Assembly: GCA_051294375.1 (NCBI GenBank)
Contig: CM119270.1
Span: forward strand, 7,488,671 to 7,552,670
Reading direction: 5' to 3'
Source: Paraspadella gotoi
Taxonomy: Eukaryota; Animalia; Chaetognatha
Length of the DNA stretch: 64,000 nucleotides
The notes beneath the pieces were generated by a model that was not told where the DNA came from, ran no database searches, and saw nothing but the letters and a program-made list of their open reading frames with translations. The translations under genes and the position numbers were made by a program. Below, in pieces: positions 13,452-23,942 of the stretch. Positions within the stretch are counted from its first letter, which is position 1, and each line of letters begins with the position of its first letter.

Positions 13452-14916
13452 ACATTTATCGTATACCCATTCTCCTTTCGCCACTCCGTCTCCATTTCTA
13501 AGCTCAAGCCAGTTTGAGGAATTGAGGGGAAAGGCTTCTCACCAATTCCCATTTCGATCGATTCAGACAGGGAGAGAGGAGAGAGAAAGAACAGATAAGA
13601 GAGAGAGAGAGAGAAGTTTTCTAGTCGGATAGTTGAGAGTGAGAAGAAAGCCTACATACAAATTAAAGAGAAAAGAGAGAGAAGAGGAGAGGAGAGACAT
13701 AAAAATAGAAACGCAAGAGGAAATTATGCTTTGTTTTTGAATAAGCAAACGATATTTAATGAACTGTCGACTCAGCACCAATGTATATAACAACCTCAGA
13801 TTGATGCTTTATTATGTGCAAGAAGTCACTATTGAACGGTTATGTATATTTCACTTTTTCTCTTATAAAAATATCTTTTTTCGAGTGTTTAGCAAGAAAG
13901 AGGTATTTGTGATATACTCTGCTTACTGTAGTTAGCAAATTCAAAAGCGTTTTTCTTTTTGTTATTTAAGATTGTTTTCGCTGTTCCCTTATTTATATTC
14001 ATGTAAATCATCGTTTGCCGACAAGTTATCTTGTTTATTAATCAAATTCATATCATTTCCACTTTTTACTCTCTAGAAAGAGAAAGTACGAATTTCTATA
14101 CAGAGAGGATGTTTTTTACTCTCTCATGTTTATCTTAAATGGAAAAGATGACGCGCTTGAATTGTGTTATTAGAGATCGAGTGTGGTCCTATTTAAAGTT
14201 GTTTATTCATATTGTCTACCTAGTCGGCGAAATATCAGTGCCGTAGCTCCTCTCTGGAATTCCTTAACAGGTGGGTATACTATTAAATAATTTCTCTCTG
14301 CCTGCAAAACATAATTATAGACAAAATACTTTACTCATCTCTCTCTTTCACAGTTTTAAAGTGCGTTGAATTGTAAAGAGAGACAGGGGCTGCAGCAGCG
14401 GATTCGGCAGCAGCCCAGGAATCGGTATCTAAATATTTCTCTCTGCCTGAAAAAAAAAAAAAAAAAAAAAAACATTATGTATTTAAAAAGTGAATGAAAA
14501 GAAGAGTTGAACAAAATTAGCGCAATTTAATCTTTATCCTCTGAGTAATTGAAGAAGGTATTTTTACTGTTACCTAATTCAGAACTCTTACATTTAAAAT
14601 CGAAAACTCTTAAAATCTTTCTATCTGTCATCTCTCGATTTAAAGTTTATCTCTGTTTATCTCTATCTACAACTACATCATTTCAAACCTCTAAAAAAAT
14701 CTCTCTTCTCTCTCTTTCTNNNNNNNNNNNNNNNNNNNNNNNNNNNNNNNNNNNNNNNNNNNNNNNNNNNNNNNNNNNNNNNNNNNNNNNNNNNNNNNNN
14801 NNNNNNNNNNNNNNNNNNNNNNNNNNNNNNNNNNNNNNNNNNNNNNNNNNNNNNNNNNNNNNNNNNNNNNNNNNNNNNNNNNNNNNNNNNNNNNNNNNNN
14901 NNNNNNNNNNNNNNNN

Positions 14917-14950
<34 letters not shown>

Positions 14951-15023
14951 CTCCTTATCGCTCTCTCTCCTTCCCACCACTTTTGCCTCTGAAATAAGGA
15001 GAGAGAAAGGGAAAGAAAGAGAA

Positions 15024-15071
<48 letters not shown>

Positions 15072-15089
15072 TTTCTGGGTGAAAGAATC

Positions 15090-15565
15090 ATTGGGTTATA
15101 CTCGAGAGTTCGCGGCGTAAGAAAGCATGGGTGTTCGGCGACACCGCGCCGTTTTGTGCCACCACTCGCGGACCACGTCACGGTCGGCGGCCAATCTTTT
15201 GCCGCCGGGACTCGAGTCGCGGTATTCAGAGGGAAATTATCTCTGATCGGGAGAAATCCCGCGGATTCAACGTGATCGCCGTCCGGAGTATCCGTGGGTC
15301 GCGGACGGGAAAATTATCTCTCTCTCTCTCTCTCAATCTTCATGGGGTTGGTTCGCATGGGTATTACTCGAGATTCGCGGCTAAGAAGCCATGGTGTCCG
15401 GACACCGACTGCCTTTTGTCCACCATGGCCGGCCACGTCGGCCGGCCAATCTTTTGCGCCGGGACTCGAGGTCGGGATTCAGAGAAATTATCTCTGATCG
15501 GGGAGAAATCTCGCGGACAACAGGATCACGTCCGGAGATCGTGGTCGCGGGACGGAAAATTATTT
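15090..15565. repeat. Two tandem copies of a ~210-230-bp GC-rich, palindrome-rich unit
   Basis: 15090-15325 aligns with 15357-15565 (ctcgag…ggccaatcttttg…aattatctctgatcggg…gggacggaaaattat), differing mostly by indels. Confidence 0.85.
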
Positions 15566-17334
15566 TTACTTATTTTCTTTAAAAATATTATATTAAATTA
15601 TAAAAAAAATGAAATGTAAAACATTGTTTTTTGTTTTCTTTTTTGGGTACATTCTTTCATTTTTAAATTTTCACAATAATTTTTTTTGGAAAAACTAACT
15701 CATATTAAAAATAACTTTTGGAATACAAGGCTATTGTCTGACCTAAAAACTGACGTTGGAAAAAAATTCGACAAAGAGAGAGAGAGGATGAACTTAATTA
15801 CAATGTTTGAATTGTTTTTAACATCATTGGTTTCTTAGTTATCTATTTGGCGTGGCAAAAATCAAGTTTATGTTAATTATAAAATTAGTTAATAGGCCGA
15901 TTAAGAAATAAAAATAAAATTTGTTTTACAAAAAATTATAAAAAAATTTTAAAGATAGTCACAAAATTAAATTTATTTTAAAAATAATTGAAAACGTTTG
16001 CCTTGCATCAAATTTAAAGCAAATAACGAATTTAACAGAAAACCAGCAAGTCCAACTTGTTGCGGGCTGCTGTGATTTCTCTTCACAACACTTCCTTTTA
16101 CTAATAATGACTTATGAAATTGGTTCAATCAATTATAAAGTTATCCATTCATTTAAGTAAATAAGCTATCTTGCCCCTGACTTTGGACAGGCTTTGGTGG
16201 TTTAAGGCTTCCATCAGTGTTCAAGTGTTAATCTAATTATGATAATTTTAAATTTTTTTAATTATAACACTGCAAATAAAAACAAAATATTTTTTTCTCA
16301 CTTAATTTAAAATTCGATTACCTAAATATCAATTTTTTTGGGAAAAAAGGTCTAGCAAAGTTTTTAACTCTGTCTTTTGTCTGGGAAAGCTGCCTTTGCA
16401 CCAAATTGTTTTGAGAGGTCGCTTTATACCGAGAGTGAGAGTGGAGCAAAGCTGAAAAAAAGCCCGAGCAAAAACAGTTGTCTGGAATCCTAAACAATTT
16501 CCACCAGCCAGTATTTTTGTTTTTTAATTTTTTAAATCATTTATAATAGAAATTGTATTTTTTTGTTTCAGTTGAAAAAATATTAATACAATTGATACAA
16601 TGAAAATGTAAAAAAAAATAGAAAACAAATAATTAAGGGAAAGAAGAAAATGTCAGAAAATTAAAAAAAAAAAATTAAATAGAGAAGAAGAGAGAGTCTG
16701 TGACAATATTTTTTTCACTAGTCAATTTGGTTTATTATCTTGTCTTTTTTGTTTATTATTTTATTTATCAATTTTATTTTTTCATATTTTTATTCTTTTG
16801 AGATTAAAAGAAAGATAGAGAAAGAGGACTCGATCCGCGACTTTCAGCTCCGTAGGTATCGCGGACTCCGATCATTGAAGCCCGGAGTGCCGCGGGCGAG
16901 AGGGGAGAGAAGAAAAGAGAAGAGAAAGAATGACCCGTCGGGGTCAGGTTCGGGTTCAGGTCCGCGACTGAGCGCGGACGGGAGGAGAACAATAGCCGGC
17001 AGCGGAAAACAATTAGAGTGACCGAAATTGGGTCCGCGAACTTCAAGTATATGCCTCAAAGAAATAGGTAATACTTCTCTTCTAGTAAAATTGAATTTTA
17101 ATAAATTCTGTTTTATTTTGTATTTTATTTACATGTACTACCTAGCTCATATCTTTTAAAAATCCAAAAGAAATTCTTGGATGAGACAAAACACTTCTAA
17201 TCCCCAGGAATTTTCCAGCGAAAATTCGAATCGAATGAAGTAATTATAACCGAGACAAGGAATCGAGTATGGAAGCGACTGGTGGACGAAAGCGATCGGC
17301 GAAACGGGCAGCGCCATCTGGCTCATTTACATCC

Positions 17335-17380
<46 letters not shown>

Positions 17381-17827
17381 GAGAGAGAGAGAATCATTAT
17401 AAATTCATTTTCACCAAGGAATATTTGGCTTCAATTGCATTGAATATTCTAAAAGATAAAAAACAATTTCATGAGCTCAAACCTTTGGTGATTTTTTTCG
17501 CCGAATGAATATCAAATTATAAGTCAGAAAATTAACTTGTTTCATGTACATTAATATTTAAAAAAATCATAAACTTTAAATCGTTGAATATTTTTTGCAA
17601 AGTTTTTATTTTTATTTTTTAACCATGGGGACAACTAAAAAAAAATAAAAAAAGAAAACAAAAGAAAAAAAAACGAAAAAAAAAACGAGCCGATAGGTTT
17701 TACACTATTATTTGTTATTTATTAATAGACGTCTTAAACGGTATAAATTTTGTCCAGGCAAAGTTATAAAAGCAACATAAATATTTCAAAGTACATACGT
17801 TGCCGAAAGAAAGAGTAATAATATATT

Positions 17828-17920
<93 letters not shown>
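17828..17920. repeat. (GAC)n microsatellite
   Basis: Directly visible; shorter (GAC/GTC)n tracts recur throughout the window. Confidence 0.97.
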
Positions 17921-18580
17921 CACAACCTTCGTAAAGAGCGATTGTCTGCCGACGACGCTCGATAAATCTCATCTTCGCCGCTTCTTCCGTTGCCGTGGAA
18001 ACCGTTTCCGTGGAAACGATTTCCGCAAATCTGCGGTATTCCTCGAATCGAAAGCGCGCACTTCGCCTCCCAAAGCGAACGTTTATCTTTTTTTCTTCGG
18101 CCTGGATTTCATTGGCGTTTCTCGCTAGCTTCGCGAGTTGCAGCGTTAATCTTTGGATGAAAGGTCGCGCGTTCAAGACCCGTAAATGTTTTTTGATTTT
18201 TTTTTCTCAACACATGGGCGGTGAGACTTTTACTTCGCTTTCCTTCCTTACCTTCATTTCAGTCTCCCTTATATCCATTTTCAGAGTGGGAACCTTTTTA
18301 ATACTAAAATTGTTTCGTTCAATCGTTTGTTTGTATCGCATTCGTTCATTGCATCGTCATTAGGTTCGTTCGTTCGTTTGCTCTGTTCGTTTATTCGCTT
18401 TTTTGTTCGTATGTTCCTCGGTTAATTCTTTCTCCCTCGTTTCCTCTCAATTTTCTGTTTCCGTCTGTTTCAATTTTCTCTTTTTCCGAGACTCGGAAAA
18501 GAAAAGATTATCTTTGTTTACGAAAGAAATAAAATCAAATTACGTTTACGAAAAAGTTTCTCTCTCTCTCTCTCTCTACT

Positions 18581-18640
<60 letters not shown>

Positions 18641-19359
18641 TCTCTCTCTCTCCTAGGAAGAGTTTCTCTTTTCAACAAAAATGTGACCCATTTTCTGACC
18701 AATTTCCCCTCGAATGTTAATTGAAAAATGAAGAGACAGAGAGTAAGCGAGAGTGAAAAAGAGCGGAGATGAGGAGAGGAAAAAATTCTAATTTTTGTTG
18801 ATTAAACAAACAATAGATGCTAACATACGCTTTCCACAGCTGCGAATCGCTCAAACTTCTTCCCTCTTCTCTCTCTCCTCCTCTTCTCCTACTCTCTCTC
18901 TCTCTCTCTCGTCTTCTCTCTCTCTCCTCTCTTCTCTCTCTCTCTCTCTCATCTTAGAATGAATTTTTAGGATTATTGAGCCTTGCCGGTCTTTGTTTTT
19001 TTATCTTTTTCCATTGTTCCGCTTCTCTTTTTATTTAATGAACAAATTTGTAGAATTTCGCAAAGATTTGAGGTCAAGCATTTGTTTCAATTATAACTTC
19101 CCTTGTCTTTTCTAATTTAAAATTGGAACGACCAATGTAAAAAATTATTCATTGATTCAATAAATAAGGATAGTGTTCGGCGATTAAATAAATGAACAAT
19201 TTGATAATGCATCACTCATTTAAAATTTACATAAAATTATTTCATCAATATTCTTAATTGCGTACATTTTTAAGTATATATATATATATATCTAATTACG
19301 AACATTCTTAGTCAGTAATCAGTGACTAGTCACATAAATCCACTTTTCACGTAAATATG

Positions 19360-19430
19360 TCGTGGCGTGGTCCCCTTTCTACTGACGCAGCGTGGCGTGG
19401 TCTCTTTTCTTCCGACGCGGCGTGGCGTGG
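19360..19430. repeat. 30-bp tandem repeat, ~2.4 copies (cgtggcgtggtcyctttct…gacgcrg)
   Basis: CGTGGCGTGG recurs three times at 30-nt spacing. Confidence 0.75.
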
Positions 19431-21066
19431 CAAACCACGGTACTCGAGACGTCGACGTGAAATGTTGGTGACGTTTTGTTTGCGAGGTGTTGACTGTTGC
19501 CTTGACGACCTTTCAGTAAGACGACGACGACGACGACTACGAAGACGACGACGACGACGACGACGACCACTACGAAGACGATGACAACTGTCGACTTGGA
19601 ACGACGTCCAGTCGCCGACGTCAATGGAAGAAATAAATACCTTAAGGGATTTAAGAAAGGAGAAAGTGATGGTAGAAGGGAAAGGAGGAAATAAGGAGAA
19701 GGTCCAACGTATGACGGAAAAAAGTGAAAGGAAAAGATAAAGGAAAAGGAGAAATAAAGAATAAAATCAAAACGGAGAGACAGAGAGAGGATGAGCAGTA
19801 TATGTAAATGATTGTTTTGTGGGGCTCAATGAATGAATAAAAGAATGAATGAATGAATGAATGAATCAATCCATGAATCAATGAATCAATGAAGCTTTAT
19901 TAATGGATTAACTAATTAATTAATTTTTACCAATTTCTACTAATCAGCCTGTCCATATCTAAAGTGAACAAGTGGATGGCAAAACAGTGAGCCAGGAGTC
20001 TGGCAGTGAAATCGTAAAGAAAAANNNNNNNNNNNNNNNNNNNNNNNNNNNNNNNNNNNNNNNNNNNNNNNNNNNNNNNNNNNNNNNNNNNNNNNNNNNN
20101 NNNNNNNNNNNNNNNNNNNNNNNNNNNNNNNNNNNNNNNNNNNNNNNNNNNNNNNNNNNNNNNNNNNNNNNNNNNNNNNNNNNNNNNNNNNNNNNNNNNN
20201 NNNNNNNNNNNNNNNNNNNNNNNNNNNNNNNNNNNNNNNNNNNNNNNNNNNNNNNNNNNNNNNNNNNNNNNNNNNNNNNNNNNNNNNNNNNNNNNNNNNN
20301 NNNNNNNNNNNNNNNNNNNNNNNNNNNNNNNNNNNNNNNNNNNNNNNNNNNNNNNNNNNNNNNNNNNNNNNNNNNNNNNNNTATACGTGCACAAAGGGAG
20401 CGTCAAAGACAGCAGCAGACAGAAGACAGGACAGAGCGATCTGCACCAAAAACAATGCAAGAGAGAAGAGATGAGAGTAGATGAAGAGAGACGAAGAGAG
20501 AGAGAGGAGTAGAGAGAGATGAGAGAGAGAGAGAGAGAGAGAGGAGCCAAAAACAATGAGAGAGATGGAGTAAGCGACACTCGATTAATTAAGAGAGGAT
20601 AAAAGCTTCGTCGTTCGCCGTTCGGGCGTCGAACTCGGGCGGATGTTGTAGTTGTTGTTGTCGTTGTTGTTTTTGTCTTCGTTCTTTGTTAGTTGTTTTG
20701 GTCGGGAGGTTTTTTAAGGTTTAAACCTATTTGTTTACACTTGATACGAAGATTTGTTTCTCGCTGTGTCTGTCTTTCTTTCTTATCCTTCTTTCTTTCT
20801 TCTATCTTTTTATTTCTCTCTCTCCCTTTCAGAAAGAAATACTCTCTCTCATGAATCTATATAACAAAGATGATATCGCCATAATCCTACATACTATAGT
20901 AAAGTAAGAAAAAAATAAAGAACACAAAAAGCACAACAGCAACAACAACAACAACAACAAAAACAACAACAACAACTAGCTAATTCGGGTCGACGAATTC
21001 AACGTCGAATTCTTTTGACCTCGAATCGTGGATTCGGTCGAGAGGAAACAAGACATCCGTGAAGGG

Positions 21067-21100
<34 letters not shown>

Positions 21101-21572
21101 TCCTTGTCGTCGCATCGTCGTCATCGTCTTCCTTGCATTTAGTAAGTATAGAAATCGTCTTTGTTATTGCAAGACGAAAATTTTCTTCCTGTTTCTTTTA
21201 AACCAAATACGTTGTAAAAATATTCGAAAAAGTGCGACAAAAAATTTGAACAAAAATGTACAATTATAACTTTTAAAACAAAAAAACATCGGGTTTTTAA
21301 ATTTAATTTACAACCGCAACCCAGTAACGTTCGGGCTTTATATATGATTTAGATGATTTAAAAAAAAATTCAAATACAATATAATATGATAATTTATGTG
21401 TATACAAAATACAATATATCCATAGCTAAAGGATTAGATGGGAGACCAACTCAACTCTAGGGACAATGCTCGTACTGTTGCAAAGGTCTTCAATGTAAAT
21501 AGATGTAACTCATTGTGTTGGACTTTCCTTAAAAGATTTTCCTTAAATTTGAAGGCTTGTGTGAGCCGTCGG

Positions 21573-21612
<40 letters not shown>

Positions 21613-21716
21613 GGCGCGTGTCCGTCCTGTCGTCGGCTCGTGCGCGACCGTGACTAATTTACTCCTTCTCACCGAATGCGACGGTTAATCATATCCGTGT
21701 CCTGTCACGATGTGGG

Positions 21717-21747
<31 letters not shown>

Positions 21748-22161
21748 ACTCTCTCTCTCTCTCTTCTCTCATTCTCTCGCTCTCTCTCTCTCTCTTCTCT
21801 CTTCTCTCTCTCTCTCTCTCTTGCATCTCTTTTCTTGTTTGCTTTTCTCTCGTTTATAGTGATTTTTGTTTCTCTCTCTTTTCTTCTTCTTTTTTCTCTC
21901 TCTTCCCGTCGTAATCATCCTCTCTTGTACTGCTCTTCCTCTACACTTACATTTCCACATCACAACCGCCGCAAAGTGTCACCAACTTCTGACGATTTTC
22001 GATTCAGAATGAGAAAGTAAAAACAAAATGGAAAATTTAATTTAAATATATAAAGCATATAATGTAGAACACATCACAACTACTGATTATATTTGAAACA
22101 TTTCTCAAAAGTATGTCAGAATTTCCTAGCAATTAATTTCAAGTAAAAAAAAACTGCTGAT

Positions 22162-22418
22162 TTATTCAGCATGCTCTCCGCTCTCCGCTCTCCGCTTCCT
22201 GCATAAAACGCTGATACCGTAAATGACTCCAGAAAATTAAGCAAGTCTCTCTGTAGCCGACAGCTCCGTCAAGGACGCTTCCAACGAGACACCCGATGCC
22301 CTGGCCTCCGTGGCTGGAAACTCCGCCGACCAACCCCTGCAGGGTCGCGCCGAGTCCAGTAGGGGCGAGCACGTTCGCGTAGGAAGCTGAGGTTGTCCAG
22401 CTCAGAGCGAAGGCTAGG
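22162..22418 (-). pseudogene. Duplicated, diverged copy of the MFS terminal exon (7b) with an apparent 20-nt frameshifting deletion; pseudo-exon or alternative last exon
   Basis: Acceptor ttcacctctcag|C has the same phase as 7a. LAFALSWTTSASYANVLAPTGLGATLQGL aligns with 7a. The 7a-like tail SGVIYGISVLC continues in a shifted frame to TAA at 22162-22164, which overlaps an AATAAA. Confidence 0.8.
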
Positions 22419-22479
22419 CTGAGAGGTGAAGAAAATTCGTGATGATAAGTAGTATATAGTATATAGTATATAGGTACGA

Positions 22480-22660
22480 CATTATATATAGGTTGTCAAC
22501 GTCTATATGTGTAATAATCCTTTCTTTTTGTTGTGACGTAGATTAGAGACAAAGCTTGAGTATTGGCAACAACAATTTATTTTCAGAAGAAACGTACATG
22601 TTTCGGCTCTATGTACAATTGTACATTGTACAAGCCTTCATCAGCGTCAACCTAATTAAA
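22480..22660 (-). mobile_element. Probable Penelope-like element pseudo-LTR fragment (boundaries approximate)
   Basis: Minimal hammerhead followed ~12 nt later by AATAAA and an AT-rich tail, the arrangement known from Penelope pLTRs. No RT or GIY-YIG coding remnant was recognised. Confidence 0.45.
22591..22648 (-). ncRNA. Type I minimal hammerhead ribozyme (Penelope-like element type)
   Basis: Minus strand reads GACG-CTGATGA-A-GGCT-(tgtacaatgtacaattgtacatag)-AGCC-GAAA-CATG-TA-CGTT. The catalytic core is complete, with stem II GGCT/AGCC, palindromic CATG stem III and stem I GACG/CGTT. Predicted cleavage is at GUA, between 22595 and 22594. Confidence 0.8.
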
Positions 22661-23390
22661 ACTTCTGAAAATAAAAATAAACTCTAAACTCTATCTTTAA
22701 CCGTTCTAACTCATAATTGGAAAGAAAGGGATATGAGAATGCTTAAGAGGAGAAGTTCCAAAGTAAATAAGTTTAATAAGGAAAATTCCACATTTGTTAT
22801 GTCTTGCCTTTGGAGAAAAAAAAAATGAAATGTTGCAATATAATTTTTCCGAAAAATCTTGGTGGATATTTCAATTTAGAAATTAAAATTGATACTTTGA
22901 TATCAGAAAAAATGTGTACTAACCCTGCCTTTTCCGTGAATTTCGACAGTAGCTAATTCACAATTAACTTAAGTTTGACCTGTATCATCAATCATAATGA
23001 TCACCCATGCTGATAATAAGCTGAACTGACAAATCGTCAAATCCTTTGGTAAACATTCATCGTTTCTTTATATTCTTGACAACATCTATTTCAGAGAAAA
23101 TGAGTAACATTGATATCCAAGTACGTATAGAAGCTGGAACTAAACTAGACAAATGTTGGAAAAAAAAGTAACAAAAATACAACAACAAAGTATGATAGGG
23201 CAGACAACGTTTGATCAAAGTTGATTCATTAAGTTTTTAAACAGAGCATATATATTATTTAAATAAATCATATTCAGTAACACTGATACAAATTTAAAAC
23301 TTTATAACAAATGTTTAAATGTATTGTTTCTTTTCTATACTCATATATTCTAAAATTAATAAATAATAAATAATTAAATTAATGTATTAT

Positions 23391-23448
23391 TATGAAATTG
23401 GTACAACCAATATAAAAATTATCCATTCATTTAATAAATAAGCTATCT
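23391..23448. repeat. Short dispersed repeat ATGAAATTGGTACAACCAATATA… (also at ~16113-16170, ~24677-24699, ~37059-37079, and inverted at ~52615-52648)
   Basis: Five recognisable copies in the window, in both orientations. Confidence 0.75.
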
Positions 23449-23644
23449 TATATAATTATTGTATGCACTCGAGTCAATTTTTTTATGATTTATAAATAAT
23501 AAATAATAATAACTTCAGTTATTAATAGTTAATGTCAGTTACTGTAAAAATGTTTGTATATTTGATGAAAAAAAATTAACAATGATCAAATTACTGAAAT
23601 ACATTAATTGTAAGACAATTGTAAGATAAAGCAAATATTGCTAT

Positions 23645-23942
23645 CTATTCATCATCGGACGTTTTTGGATAATTTTCACTCTCTTGTTGTTCTTCCTCGT
23701 TTTGGCATAATGTGATGACACCATAAAAAACTCCAGAAAAAAATGAGATGTACGCAAAAACCAAAAAAGTGTCTCGAATACCAATGGCTCCATTGAGAAT
23801 GCCCCCTGTGAAACAAGCAATGCTTTGGCCTCCACCGCTATAAACCGCCAAGACCAACCCTTGCAGGGTTGCACCATGTCCAGCGGGAGCAATGATATTG
23901 GCATAGGAAGTTAAGGTTGCCCAGCTCAGTGCAAAGGTCAAA
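23645..23942 (-). CDS. MFS gene terminal exon 7a
   Basis: ctcacctccccacag|T acceptor; encodes LTFALSWATLTSYANIIAPAGHGATLQGL…SDDE then stop. Confidence 0.9.

Noticed and set aside
17715-18176. 153-aa minus ORF containing KK-INVRF-GRR, resembling an RFamide neuropeptide cassette
   Set aside because: No ATG or signal peptide, an in-frame TGA just upstream, no acceptor, only one motif copy, and the ORF runs into a (CGT)n repeat. Probably chance.
21989-22020. Other CTGANGA…GAAA matches (21990, 44098, 55633) as hammerheads
   Set aside because: They lack a pairing stem II and a stem III/cleavage triplet.
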